The position numbers and the translations under genes are program-made. A DNA stretch of 62,071 bases, counting the filler, from Candidatus Nezhaarchaeota archaeon WYZ-LMO8 (GTDB lineage Archaea; Thermoproteota; Methanomethylicia; Nezhaarchaeales; WYZ-LMO8), in assembly GCA_004347965.1 (NCBI GenBank). It is 5 parts of 5 records of this genome, joined end to end, with 100 filler letters (N's around TTAATTAATTAA, not from the genome) between each part and the next. Parts side by side here need not be neighbours in the genome. Positions count along the whole stretch, not along the records: positions 13,761 to 27,173 come from QNVF01000034.1; positions 27,274 to 39,093 come from QNVF01000037.1; 3 more parts are not named here. One strand, written 5' to 3'. Positions 19,634 through 29,676 of this stretch are shown here, one piece after another. The first letter of the stretch is position 1. Every line of letters begins with the position of its first letter. The notes beneath the pieces were generated by a model. The model did no database searches. It was not told where the DNA came from and worked only from the letters and a program-made list of their open reading frames with translations.

Positions 19634-20681
19634 TACGTTTCAGGACTTGATTGTAGTATCTTTCTCTCCTAGTCAATACTATTTGTTGAAAAGTGGAACT
19701 CTTAGTCTGAACTTCCTCAAGCCAACCAGCTACTAAACCATGTTCATCCTTAGTAAGCTGCATCCTAAACTCCTCGACATACGAGACTATCCTAATTGGC
19801 TCGATTCTAAACAGCTGAGACCCTCTGACCTCAACAACCTCTATTTCGTACTTCGACGGCATGAACGGTGCATAACGATCGTCAACCACTCTTACAATAG
19901 CTTCTACGAAGCCTAGGCACTCTACGTTGACCAGCTTGTCGTACTCGTTTACCACTTCATCCCACCTCAAGATAGGCTCAAACTCAAACTTTACTACTCG
20001 ATTTAACTTCTTGGAGTTTAAGAGACCATAAATTAGCTTTCTTCGTTGGTGTTCTAAGTACTCCTTCACACTATACCTCTTAAAGCGCCAGTTTAAGAAG
20101 CGAGACTCGTCTACCACATCAAACTCATTAATCAACAGACCATCGTTGTAGAGCTCAGCTAAGACACTTCTAAGTTCATCAAGCTCCCTGGTTCCATAGA
20201 TCGTGAAGTCCAAATCACTGAGATCTATCCTATAGAAGTTGTGGAGTAGTGAACCGAAAACGCCAAAGTCATCAATCCTAAGTTTTGATGTCTCCTCAAT
20301 TAGCTCAAGAACTTCAAGGGATGCATGTGACATTTGATCGTCCTTGCTTAGCAACCTCTTTAAGCCATCTTGAGGTCTACGTAGCTCCAATAGTTGATCT
20401 TCACTCACAGCTACAACCTTCCTCTTAAGGTACGGGATGTAGAATGAGTATTGAGGATAACCTGATAGGACGAACTTCAATCCTTCATCCTCGTAGAATT
20501 TGTAGTACCTCTGACCTCCGCCATCTCTAAGGGCCTTAGGAACGTTGCTCTTGTAGATCTTCTCAGGGGCATACTCGACATCACATATGTATCTTCCTTG
20601 AGGGTGATCGTAGCCGTAGACCCTCATTATTATCCCCTCACTAGTTACTGGGGCATCTCTGTCCCTCAACATACTCAACAC
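19623..20681 (-). CDS. Predicted nucleotidyltransferase (COG1665-like)
   Basis: GVFGSLLH...SDLDFTIYG pol-beta NTase motif; LRDRD...GYDHP N-terminus. Confidence 0.75.
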   Translation of the reverse strand: MLSMLRDRDAPVTSEGIIMRVYGYDHPQGRYICDVEYAPEKIYKSNVPKALRDGGGQRYYKFYEDEGLKFVLSGYPQYSFYIPYLKRKVVAVSEDQLLELRRPQDGLKRLLSKDDQMSHASLEVLELIEETSKLRIDDFGVFGSLLHNFYRIDLSDLDFTIYGTRELDELRSVLAELYNDGLLINEFDVVDESRFLNWRFKRYSVKEYLEHQRRKLIYGLLNSKKLNRVVKFEFEPILRWDEVVNEYDKLVNVECLGFVEAIVRVVDDRYAPFMPSKYEIEVVEVRGSQLFRIEPIRIVSYVEEFRMQLTKDEHGLVAGWLEEVQTKSSTFQQIVLTRRERYYNQVLKRIKA

Positions 20682-20704
20682 AACTTTTGCAGCAGGTAGG
20701 GGTG

Positions 20705-22666
20705 TTAAGGACTATTGTTACTCATAAAGTTCTTTACATCTCGAATTATTGCCTCCAAGCTCACATGCTGCCTCATCTTATTAACCCAGTCACGTGGAAG
20801 ATAGCGTTTAAAGGATCTTGCAGATCTCGAATCCATTAAGATGACGAGCCCTCGGTCTTGAGGTCCTCTTATGAGCCTACCAGCTGATTGAGCGATGGCT
20901 ATTGAGCAGGGCATTATTGTTGCGTACTTGAAGGCTTGATCTCCAAACCTCACCTTAAAGTATTCTGTTAATGCTTGATGAAGTTCTGTATTTCTTGGGA
21001 AAGGTAGGCCTGCGAGAATTACAGCATTCAGCATAGACCTGCCTTCAAAGACTATTTCAACTCCTTCGCACATCTTACCCCTTGCAACTCCTAATAATAC
21101 GCACCTCTCGTTCTTTACTACGAACTCCTTAACTTCAGATATCTTCGTACTCCTTGTTTCAACCATCATCGGCATGTCGATCTTACCCTCTAATCTCCTA
21201 ACGATAGCAATCATGACCTCGTAAGATGGAAAGAATACTGCTACTCTCCCATTTATTGCCTTTATGATTTCTACAAGTCTTGAAGACATTTTATCCCACT
21301 CAACATCCGACCTCCTTTCAAACTTAGTGGTTACAGCCATGTCTACTATAACCATCATGTTGTCTTCTGGGAATGGTGACGGGAGTTCTAGGATCTTAGC
21401 TCGTTTCGGGTTAAGCCCTAGTACATCGATGTAGTAGTCTGGCTCCCACAATGTCCCAGACATTAGTATGCAAGATCTGAAGTCATTGAGCACTCTACAA
21501 GCTATTGAGGGGTCTAAGCACTTAATCCCCAACTTGAACTTTCTGTCGTGATCATAGCTCTCAACAACAGCGTACTTTGCGAACCTCTTCTCCTCAGTTT
21601 CGATCCAAAGTCTTAAGAAAGAAGCTATCCTACCCACATACGAGACGGGATTCTTCCCTCCCTGGGATCTTAGAAGCCTTATGCGTTCACCTTCTTCCTC
21701 TAAATCTGCTATCAAAGATTTTAACGTAGAGAGCGATCTAAGCTTTGTACACTCGACCAGTGCTAAGAGTAGGCGGCCATGATCTACCAGTTTCTCCTCG
21801 TTAAGTGTACCATTTTTAATCAACTTAGCCTCAAAGTCCCTCATGAATTCTTCAAGCGATCTTATAAGGCCGGAGTCATCGACCTTAAACTCTTCAGCTT
21901 CTGCTATAGCTCTTTGGACTGTGGTTAATGAAAGTTCGTCTGATAAAAGTTCGGTTGCATAAAGTGGGAGTGCATGTGCTTCATCGAAGATGCAGTTCAA
22001 GTCTTCGATATCCAACCCAATCTTACCGAGCACGCTTTCTCGGACAGGATCCATTAATGCATAGTTGTAACTTCCAATAATTACGTGAGCTTTGTGAGAA
22101 AGCAACTTTGTGACCTCGTATGGGCAAAGCTCCTCGCTGCTTGCTATTTCGTACACGAAATCAGAGCTTGAGACACCAAGCTCAGCGAGCTTATCAACAA
22201 CCTTCCTCGCCCTCCTCGTCGGGTACCAGTTGATGATTGTGTTAAAGTAATATTCACAGATCTCTCCTCCTAGCCCTCTACGTAGAGATCTACAGAGTGC
22301 TAAGAAGTCACGATACGATGCTTTTAACTTCTTCATCTTGACTAGAGAGCACATGTCCTGCCTGTTAACGAAGATCGATGCTATCATTCTAACGCCACGT
22401 TTATCCCTCATCATTTGAAGCTCTCTGCAGTATACATCACTTTGGTTCTTGGTCCTCGTCAATACCAGTAAGCGGCCTATTGAAGGTCCCCCTGCCGCTA
22501 AGTAACCGGTCAATATTGAAATTGACTTGCCAGTGCCGCACGGCGATGAGAGGAGACCTATTAATCCATCTTTAAAGACATAACGAGAAAACAGTATTGC
22601 CTTGTCCTGGTAAGGCCTAAGACTAGGGTATGGAAAGTACTCTAGAAAGTCCTGTTTCTCAGACAT
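20705..22666 (-). CDS. XPD/Rad3/DinG-family Fe-S DNA helicase
   Basis: FPY..RPYQ Q-motif, PCGTGKS, four Fe-S Cys (incl. LCPYE), DEAH, SGTL, QSAGRLIR. Confidence 0.92.
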   Translation of the reverse strand: MSEKQDFLEYFPYPSLRPYQDKAILFSRYVFKDGLIGLLSSPCGTGKSISILTGYLAAGGPSIGRLLVLTRTKNQSDVYCRELQMMRDKRGVRMIASIFVNRQDMCSLVKMKKLKASYRDFLALCRSLRRGLGGEICEYYFNTIINWYPTRRARKVVDKLAELGVSSSDFVYEIASSEELCPYEVTKLLSHKAHVIIGSYNYALMDPVRESVLGKIGLDIEDLNCIFDEAHALPLYATELLSDELSLTTVQRAIAEAEEFKVDDSGLIRSLEEFMRDFEAKLIKNGTLNEEKLVDHGRLLLALVECTKLRSLSTLKSLIADLEEEGERIRLLRSQGGKNPVSYVGRIASFLRLWIETEEKRFAKYAVVESYDHDRKFKLGIKCLDPSIACRVLNDFRSCILMSGTLWEPDYYIDVLGLNPKRAKILELPSPFPEDNMMVIVDMAVTTKFERRSDVEWDKMSSRLVEIIKAINGRVAVFFPSYEVMIAIVRRLEGKIDMPMMVETRSTKISEVKEFVVKNERCVLLGVARGKMCEGVEIVFEGRSMLNAVILAGLPFPRNTELHQALTEYFKVRFGDQAFKYATIMPCSIAIAQSAGRLIRGPQDRGLVILMDSRSARSFKRYLPRDWVNKMRQHVSLEAIIRDVKNFMSNNSP

Positions 22667-22736
22667 AAAGTTACTGACCTATCAAGGCTTAAGTAGGCAT
22701 AGGCCTTTATATCTTACGTTGTCGAGGGACTCCTAA

Positions 22737-24086
22737 TTGACGCTCATAGCATCTCAATCGGGGATTCGAGGAATATATGGGGAGAGCTTGACAACAGACC
22801 TTGTAATCAAGCTAACCAAAGCATTTGTGAAGTTGTGGAAGGTCAAAAGCATAATAGTTGGAAGGGACACGAGACCTAGCGGGGATCCCCTTAAGCATGC
22901 AGTGCTCACAGCATTAATGGATCTTAGTTGTAGGATCTACGACGTTGGGGTACAGCCAACACCCGTGATCCTATGGGCTTGTAGGAAGCTAAGCGTTGAT
23001 GGAGCGATAATCATCAGTGCTTCTCACAACCCTCCAGAGTGGAATGCTTTGAAGTTTGCTTTTAGAGGTATGCTCCTTGATGCAGATGAGGTCTCGAAGC
23101 TTATGGACGCCAGCAGAGAGGGAGTAGCGATAGGAAGGTACAGATCAACTCATGTACATAAATATGATCCCCTCAAGGAGTATATAGATGCAGCATTAAA
23201 GCATCTCAACGTAGAGATCATAAGAAGAAGAGGGTTGAAAGTTGTAGTTGACCTAGGAGGAGGAGCTGGATTTAAATCGACACCTCTGCTTCTAAGGATG
23301 CTAGGCTGTAAAGTCGTAACAATAAACTCTGCTCCAGGAGTGTTTAGTAGGGATATAGAGCCTACTCCAAGCTCGTTGGAGATGTTAAGTGAGGCTGTTA
23401 AGGCTTACAATGCTGACGTAGGCTTTGCTCATGATGCCGACGCTGATAGGCTAGTCTGTGTTTCGGAGAGTGGAAAAGTGCTATACGAAGATTATGGCTT
23501 AGCAATGGCGTCACTCCACGTGCTTGAGAGACGTAGAGGACCTCTTGTTATCAGTGTAGCTTCGTCCATGATGTTTAAGTGGATAGCTGAACAATTTGGT
23601 GTTGAACTCTTCTGGAGTCCAATAGGTGAGGTAAACGTTGTTAAGGAGATAATTAAGCGTAATGCACCAATAGGCGGAGAGGGTAGTAGTGGAGGTATAA
23701 TTCCCGCATTCTTCAATCTAGCTAGGGATGGAGTTTTCGGAGCCGCATTAATAGTTGAGATGCTAGCTTCAAGAGATTGTAGAGTCTCAGATATCGTTAA
23801 TAGCCTGCCGAGGTATTATCAAGCAAGAAGCTCGATCTATTGCAACATAGAGAGAGCTAGGGCAGTTACGAAGAAGTTGATAAATGAATTAAGAGAGATG
23901 CCATTAGATTTAACTGATGGAATTAAAGTGTGGTTTGATGATGGTTGGGTCTTAATAAGACCTTCAAGGACAGAACCCAAGATGAGGATTTTGTGTGAGT
24001 CTACAAGCCAAGTTAGAGTCAAAGAATTATTGGAAGAATACGTAGCTAAGGTGCAAGATGCAATCTCGAAAAGTGGCGTTAGCTAG
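22737..24086 (+). CDS. Phosphoglucosamine mutase / phosphomannomutase
   Basis: SASHNP phosphoserine loop, DADADR metal loop, GGEGS, RPSRTEP. Confidence 0.92.
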   Translation: MTLIASQSGIRGIYGESLTTDLVIKLTKAFVKLWKVKSIIVGRDTRPSGDPLKHAVLTALMDLSCRIYDVGVQPTPVILWACRKLSVDGAIIISASHNPPEWNALKFAFRGMLLDADEVSKLMDASREGVAIGRYRSTHVHKYDPLKEYIDAALKHLNVEIIRRRGLKVVVDLGGGAGFKSTPLLLRMLGCKVVTINSAPGVFSRDIEPTPSSLEMLSEAVKAYNADVGFAHDADADRLVCVSESGKVLYEDYGLAMASLHVLERRRGPLVISVASSMMFKWIAEQFGVELFWSPIGEVNVVKEIIKRNAPIGGEGSSGGIIPAFFNLARDGVFGAALIVEMLASRDCRVSDIVNSLPRYYQARSSIYCNIERARAVTKKLINELREMPLDLTDGIKVWFDDGWVLIRPSRTEPKMRILCESTSQVRVKELLEEYVAKVQDAISKSGVS

Positions 24087-24271
24087 CATGAATCTCGAAA
24101 GTTCTTAACTTTACATTAGAATACTATCATGTTTTAAGCGTTAGTCCTATATGAATTCTATAGTAGTTATACAATTAAATTTCAACCACACTTATCGCTA
24201 TACTCATTATGATGCTCTCTCTACATAAGGTTTAGAAGACCGGCAATGCCATGGATAAAATCTAGGTATCT

Positions 24272-25741
24272 ATGACTATTAAGAATAGACTCGGTAAGCT
24301 TCCCTTAGGAATAGTTGATTCTATACCAACTCCTGAAAGTGTTTTTGGAATCTCTAAGTTAAATCTGAGGAACCTGGTGTCTAAGGTCCTAGGTCCTAGC
24401 GTAATTGCTGTTGGTGTTGCTATAGGTGGTGGCGAGTGGCTCTTGGGTCCTGCAACTGCCGTGAAGTACGGCTTAGGAATGGCTTGGATAGTTGTAGTGT
24501 CAGCACTGCTCCAAACGATATACAACATAAGCCTAACTAGGATAATAATGTATACTGGAGAAGCCCCAATAGTGTACCTTAGAAGAGCTCCACCTGGTCC
24601 TAGGTTTTGGACCATAGCCATCCCCCTACTACTGATTGCTTGGGGTTCCTGGGGGTTGGCTGGCATCGCTAGCTCGGGGGCTACAGCACTAGGTTCCGTA
24701 ATCCTAGGTAGATTACCGACAGCTGAAGACGCGTGGCTGGTGAGAGGCTTAACCATGATCATTATCGCTTTGTGTGTTATTATAGTATTGTTCGGGTACA
24801 AGATTGAGAGGACGTTGGAAGTTGTTAATTGGTTCTTTGCTGCTGCAATACTTCTCACGTTGCTTACGCTGGTAGCACCACTAACCATAAAGCTCGAAGT
24901 CGTTCTTGAAGCTTTAAGGGGAAGCATTAACTTTGGCTACATACCTCCAAGAGCCGATATGAGTCTCATATCCGCTTGGTGGGCCTATACGGGGCTAGCT
25001 GTAGGTCTCAACTTCATATTCATGAACTGGTACAGGGACAAAGGGTATGGAATGGGTGCGGTTGTCGGCTACATACCTGCACTAATAGGTGGCAAGAGGG
25101 TAACTCTATCACCTAGTGGTAAGGCGTTCGTGGTGAGTAACGACAACGTGAAGACGTTTAAGAGGTGGATGAGGATATTGAGTTGCGATCAGTGGCTTGT
25201 GTTCTTTCCAGGAGCTCTCTTAGGCATGTACTTACCATCAATGATAGCTACCTCGCTGCTTCCTAGAGGTCAGGAGCTACCTGCATGGGGGGTTGCGGCA
25301 CACGTAGCTAATGAGTACGCGGCCGTAGTCGGTATGTGGGGGTACTACTTGATAGGATTCATAGGGTTCATAGTGCTTTTCAGCTCAGCTCTAGGTGCTT
25401 ATGTGGACTGCGTACCTAGGAACTTAACTGACCTTCTCTGGACGTCTAAGAGGGTTAGGAAGTTAGCGAGAGATGACGTTAGGATAATTTATTACTCTAT
25501 ATTGGCTGCTTACGTTGCGTTCAGCGTATGGGCTGTACATCAAGCTCAGCCTCTAGTCCTCGTCATAATAGCTGCTAATACAGCTAACTTCGTGGGGCTA
25601 CTAGTGATACCGGCGGTGATGTATCTCTCAAGACAATTGCCACCTGAAATAAGGCCTAGAACGTGGGAGTACGTACTCTTAATAGTTTTCCTAGCGCTTT
25701 CGGCCTTCTTCTTCGCATCTACAATTCGAACATACCTTTAG
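24272..25741 (+). CDS. Nramp-like (APC-fold) membrane transporter
   Basis: LGPSVIAVGVAIGGGEW, WYRDKGYGMG, about 11 TM helices. Confidence 0.75.
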   Translation: MTIKNRLGKLPLGIVDSIPTPESVFGISKLNLRNLVSKVLGPSVIAVGVAIGGGEWLLGPATAVKYGLGMAWIVVVSALLQTIYNISLTRIIMYTGEAPIVYLRRAPPGPRFWTIAIPLLLIAWGSWGLAGIASSGATALGSVILGRLPTAEDAWLVRGLTMIIIALCVIIVLFGYKIERTLEVVNWFFAAAILLTLLTLVAPLTIKLEVVLEALRGSINFGYIPPRADMSLISAWWAYTGLAVGLNFIFMNWYRDKGYGMGAVVGYIPALIGGKRVTLSPSGKAFVVSNDNVKTFKRWMRILSCDQWLVFFPGALLGMYLPSMIATSLLPRGQELPAWGVAAHVANEYAAVVGMWGYYLIGFIGFIVLFSSALGAYVDCVPRNLTDLLWTSKRVRKLARDDVRIIYYSILAAYVAFSVWAVHQAQPLVLVIIAANTANFVGLLVIPAVMYLSRQLPPEIRPRTWEYVLLIVFLALSAFFFASTIRTYL

Positions 25742-25794
25742 TGCAAAATTTATTATCAAAGATGGAGCCCAATACGCCTCTTGAGTTGTTAAAG

Positions 25795-26982
25795 TCAAGT
25801 ATTAGACGGTATTCTAGCTCTACATAATGCTATGAAGAAAGCTGAGCAGTGATGTATGTGAGGCATGGTTCTCTTGGCTTTTCCACTGCACCTAAAGCCT
25901 TGATAGCAGTCCGTAACCGATGGGATCTCAAGTTTCTCGATCTCAACATCACATTCATCCACAACCATCTCACCCTCATCAGGAAGCAGGCTACAAGAAG
26001 CGTAAATAACCTCCTCAGCTATCTTAGATACCGAGTTTAAGAGTCTCACTTGGGTCTTATGGTACATCTTCACTTTGTTAGGCTTTGATAATCTTACTTT
26101 GATACTTGGATCGTCGCCTACAGTCCCCGTTCCACTACATGGCACGTCAAGCAAAGCCTTGATAAAACTTCGAGATATAGGTGGTTTACGTGAATCAGCA
26201 AGTATCAGCATTATCTTCTCTTTCGTATTGAACTTTGAGATAAGCTTAGCTGCCTCTCTAATCCTGCTCTTTGACTTGTCTATAGCGATAACTAGGGGTG
26301 AGCCCCTCAAGATCAACAATGAAGACTTTACTCCAGGTGCTGCACATGCATCGAGAACTTCGTGCCCTTGAGCTCTAAGAGCTTCAACAACCAATGCTGA
26401 GCCCTTATCAACTGGGATAGCCAAACCCTTCCTGACGGGGCCTAACCTTGAAGGAGGTTTATCACTACTTACAACTTCGACCATGTAATCCAAATCCACG
26501 TCGATATTGGCTTCAACACCTTCATTAGCTAGCGTCCTAAGAACTTCTCCCGCTTTCGTTAGGCATAGAAGCCAGACTTTGCGTCTATTAAGAGCCTTGA
26601 GGAGTTGGTATAACGTCTCTAAATCAAGGTACTTCGATAACCTCTGAACCAGCCAGTAAGGATAGGAGGTTTCAACAGATAAGCGTCTCAAGATGCTTGA
26701 TGGCAAAGACACCTTTAAGTGCTCACCTGATTCATAGAACTCCACCAGCTCTCTAGGTCTAGCAGGTCTTCCCTTCTTCTTCATGAAGGCATATTGGATG
26801 GTATAGTAGTTCATTAAGATGTTGTAGATGTATTCATAGGAGGCTCGATTAGGTTTAAGATTCAGCTCTTGAAGAGCCTTAAAGTACGCTTTCTGTAAGC
26901 TGATGTCGTAGTGCTCAATTATCTTCAAAGCTTCTACTGCTACTTCCCTTACACGTTGAAAGTCAAGGGACAATGTTAACAT
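25795..26982 (-). CDS. RsmB/NOP2-family RNA m5C methyltransferase
   Basis: DACAAPGVKS, DVPCSGTG, YASCSL. Confidence 0.9.
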   Translation of the reverse strand: MLTLSLDFQRVREVAVEALKIIEHYDISLQKAYFKALQELNLKPNRASYEYIYNILMNYYTIQYAFMKKKGRPARPRELVEFYESGEHLKVSLPSSILRRLSVETSYPYWLVQRLSKYLDLETLYQLLKALNRRKVWLLCLTKAGEVLRTLANEGVEANIDVDLDYMVEVVSSDKPPSRLGPVRKGLAIPVDKGSALVVEALRAQGHEVLDACAAPGVKSSLLILRGSPLVIAIDKSKSRIREAAKLISKFNTKEKIMLILADSRKPPISRSFIKALLDVPCSGTGTVGDDPSIKVRLSKPNKVKMYHKTQVRLLNSVSKIAEEVIYASCSLLPDEGEMVVDECDVEIEKLEIPSVTDCYQGFRCSGKAKRTMPHIHHCSAFFIALCRARIPSNT

Positions 26983-27173
26983 TCCCTCAATGCCTATTAC
27001 TTAACGTAATTTAAACTTCTCGTCACAATAAAGTGTTAGAGACTCAGAACGGCTATAAGACTAAGTATTGGGTTGATGCTTACAGTAATGCGCTATGAAG
27101 GCGTATTCGCCCACCAAACTACAGTTTGGGTATTAAAATTTAGGGAGGATTTCGATGAAAAAGTTACAGCTTA

Positions 27174-27273
27174 NNNNNNNNNNNNNNNNNNNNNNNNNNN
27201 NNNNNNNNNNNNNNNNNTTAATTAATTAANNNNNNNNNNNNNNNNNNNNNNNNNNNNNNNNNNNNNNNNNNNN
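27174..27273. other. Artificial contig spacer
   Basis: N44-TTAATTAATTAA-N44. Confidence 0.98.
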
Positions 27274-27999
27274 CCTCAGAAAGGAGAACATGATTTATGT
27301 GGTGCACTAAAAATTCCTCAAAGCGAAGTAAGAAGTGCCCTCTCCTCCCTCATGGCTAAAGGACTTGTGAGAGTATTGGACCACGATAAGTACGAGGTCA
27401 TACCTCCATCAGAGGCTGTGGAGATACTACTCGAGATCAGGGCTAGGTCCATGGAAGCTGAGATAGCTGAGTTGAGAAGACGTTTGTACTCAATAAAGGA
27501 GACCTTAGAGGACACCTATTGGGAGAGGAGGTATGGTATTAGAGACGAGTTACTGATAGAGCCCTTAGACGACTTAAGATCCATGGAGGTCAAAACTGCT
27601 GAAATAATATCGAAAGCTCAGAGAAGTATCTCAATATTCACAGAGTCGTTTGGATGGTATCATAAAGTGAGAGAGCTTCTTCTAGCTGCTCTCAGCCGTG
27701 GTGTTGTGGTAAGAGTATTGATGAAAGTAGTAGATGAGCAATCAGGCAAAACTGCTAAAGATCTTATGGAGAATGGAGCTGAAGTTAGGTGTGCAATTGA
27801 AGAATGGTACCCAGTTAGAGGTACATTAGTTGACGGAAGCAAGCTTGTCTTCTTGATTTGGACGACTGAAAAGAAGGTTTCCTACTATAAGCCTCACTAC
27901 ACTGAGAACGCGGGCTTAATAAAAGTGTTTAATGATGCTTTTAATCGAAGATGGGAGAGAGCACAACCCCTAAATAGATACGGATTGATTAAGTCATGA
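27274..27999 (+). CDS. TrmB-family transcriptional regulator, 5'-truncated
   Basis: Frame is open back to the contig edge (…DLCGALKIPQSEVRSALSSLMAKGLV HTH), followed by coiled linker and PLD-like effector domain. Confidence 0.8.
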   Translation, partial: PQKGEHDLCGALKIPQSEVRSALSSLMAKGLVRVLDHDKYEVIPPSEAVEILLEIRARSMEAEIAELRRRLYSIKETLEDTYWERRYGIRDELLIEPLDDLRSMEVKTAEIISKAQRSISIFTESFGWYHKVRELLLAALSRGVVVRVLMKVVDEQSGKTAKDLMENGAEVRCAIEEWYPVRGTLVDGSKLVFLIWTTEKKVSYYKPHYTENAGLIKVFNDAFNRRWERAQPLNRYGLIKS

Positions 28000-28436
28000 G
28001 CCAGCAAGTTAGACTAACTTCAGTTGATTACGTCGTCTTCATCCACGCCACCGAGGACCTTAATAAAGTAATTAAGGCTGTCGAGAACCTCATACCTCCT
28101 AAACTTAGAGAGCGAAAGACAGTTGAAGTCGAGGAAGTTCATGGACACTACGACAATCCAATACGCATAGCTAAGATATCTCTCAGAAATCCAGAATATG
28201 CCTTTCAGTCCCTTGCATGGATATGGAAGGGCCTCTCGGACATCGATAGAGCGTACATAATGAGGAACTTAGATCTACATCTAGATGAGAAGTTGAGACT
28301 CTACATGAGGTTGGATAAACAATATGCCTACCTAGGCTCAACTAAGCTTACATTCAGCGACGACGTGATTAAAGTAGTTTTTAGCTTCAAAGGCTCTAAG
28401 GAAGCAATAAAAGACTTTCTACTTAAAATACAATGA
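27996..28436 (+). CDS. RNA-binding protein COG1325 (exosome-superoperon associated)
   Basis: IHATED..KV, GHYDNPI, YMRLDKQ. Confidence 0.85.
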   Translation: MSQQVRLTSVDYVVFIHATEDLNKVIKAVENLIPPKLRERKTVEVEEVHGHYDNPIRIAKISLRNPEYAFQSLAWIWKGLSDIDRAYIMRNLDLHLDEKLRLYMRLDKQYAYLGSTKLTFSDDVIKVVFSFKGSKEAIKDFLLKIQ

Positions 28437-28450
28437 TAAGGGCGTAGCTA

Positions 28451-29179
28451 ATGCCTAAAAGACGGTACGCAGACCTTCACGTCAAGGTCACCGATGGAGG
28501 TAGCCATCCTGAGCTACTCATTAAGATGGCGAAGCATTTAGGCTTCTCACTTATAGCCATATCGACAGAGGATCCTTACAAACTAAAAGACCTTACAGCA
28601 GCTAAAGACATTGGAAGGAGCCTTGGCATCGATGTGGCGTTAAGGTTAGACTTAAAATCATCAAATCCCAACGAGTTAAAGAACTACTTAAGAAAGCTTA
28701 GACGAAGCGTTGAGATAGTAGGAGTTTACTGTAGCAACGTAGCTGTTGCAAGAATGGCTGCACGTGATCGTAGAGTTGACATTACCTTCTATAATCCAGA
28801 GAACGTGCTCTCAATACTTGATGAGGGACAAGTAAGCTTACTAGCAGAGAGTGGTCATTGCGTTGAGGTCAACTTCACAGACCTGCTACACGTAGGTTTA
28901 GACAAGCAAGCTAAAGTGTTGTGGAACTACAGCTTGATGTTTAAGAGGGTTGCAAGGAAGGGCATGCCGCTCATAATCTCGTCGGGAGCATCAAACATCA
29001 TAGACATGAGGACACCTCGAGAACTTTCAGCTTTAGCTTTCCTCCTCTTGGATGAAGATAAGGAGAAATTAGCGAGAGATATGGTGTCAACAATACCCAT
29101 GAAGCTTGTACAGGTGAACAGAGAGAAACTTAGTCCATACTTCGTGCAGCCGGGGGTTAAGGTGGTAAATGAATGGTGA
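28451..29179 (+). CDS. rnp3: Ribonuclease P protein component 3 (Rpp30)
   Basis: YADLH, ARDRRVD, IISSGA...DMRTPREL. Confidence 0.88.
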   Translation: MPKRRYADLHVKVTDGGSHPELLIKMAKHLGFSLIAISTEDPYKLKDLTAAKDIGRSLGIDVALRLDLKSSNPNELKNYLRKLRRSVEIVGVYCSNVAVARMAARDRRVDITFYNPENVLSILDEGQVSLLAESGHCVEVNFTDLLHVGLDKQAKVLWNYSLMFKRVARKGMPLIISSGASNIIDMRTPRELSALAFLLLDEDKEKLARDMVSTIPMKLVQVNREKLSPYFVQPGVKVVNEW

Positions 29180-29568
29180 AGGAGGTTAGATGGCGCTACA
29201 TAATCTTTCACCTTCACTCTCCATTAAGCCTGAAAGTCGAAGAGCTGAATAACGTTCTAAAAAAACATCTAAGATCCTTCCTAGGATCCTATGGTCTCTC
29301 GAAGAACCCCTTTAAGCTAATCATGTACGACGAGAAGAGCAAGCTAGGCATATTAAGGTGCCCCCATAAATCTCTAGAAGTAATTAGTTTGGGGTTAGCT
29401 CTTCTCAGCTCAATAGGAGGGGTGTCTTCAGCTATACATGTAGCTAGGGTTACTGGAACTCTTAAGAAGGCAAGGTCAATAACTCTTGAGCTTGCTGAAA
29501 AACTTAAATCCTACTGGGAAGAATTGGAAGTGGGGATGAAGAAGCCGTCCCAGGCTACTGAAACGTGA
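29173..29568 (+). CDS. rnp2: Ribonuclease P protein component 2 (Pop5)
   Basis: RWRYIIF, GILRC, VTGTLKKA; follows rnp3. Confidence 0.85.
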   Translation: MVKEVRWRYIIFHLHSPLSLKVEELNNVLKKHLRSFLGSYGLSKNPFKLIMYDEKSKLGILRCPHKSLEVISLGLALLSSIGGVSSAIHVARVTGTLKKARSITLELAEKLKSYWEELEVGMKKPSQATET

Positions 29569-29590
29569 AGAGCTCGCGACGAGCTGACCC
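29532..29590 (+). ncRNA. Candidate box C/D guide sRNA
   Basis: GGG-[C ATGAAGA 29536]-15 nt-[D' CTGA 29558]-3 nt-[C' GTGAAGA 29565]-12 nt-[D CTGA 29584]-CCC. Confidence 0.6.
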
Positions 29591-29676
29591 TGAAAGTAAA
29601 GTCTCTCTTCACGTATTCCACTAAGGCTTAAATAGAGACGTAAAGTCCAATAACTGCATCATCCAACAAATTTAAG

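Noticed and set aside
24262..24927. 221-aa antisense ORF
   Set aside because: Shadow of the Nramp-like transporter
27155..27173. GGAGG RBS plus ATG AAA AAG TTA CAG CTT at the contig end
   Set aside because: Probably a real gene start, but six codons are insufficient to call
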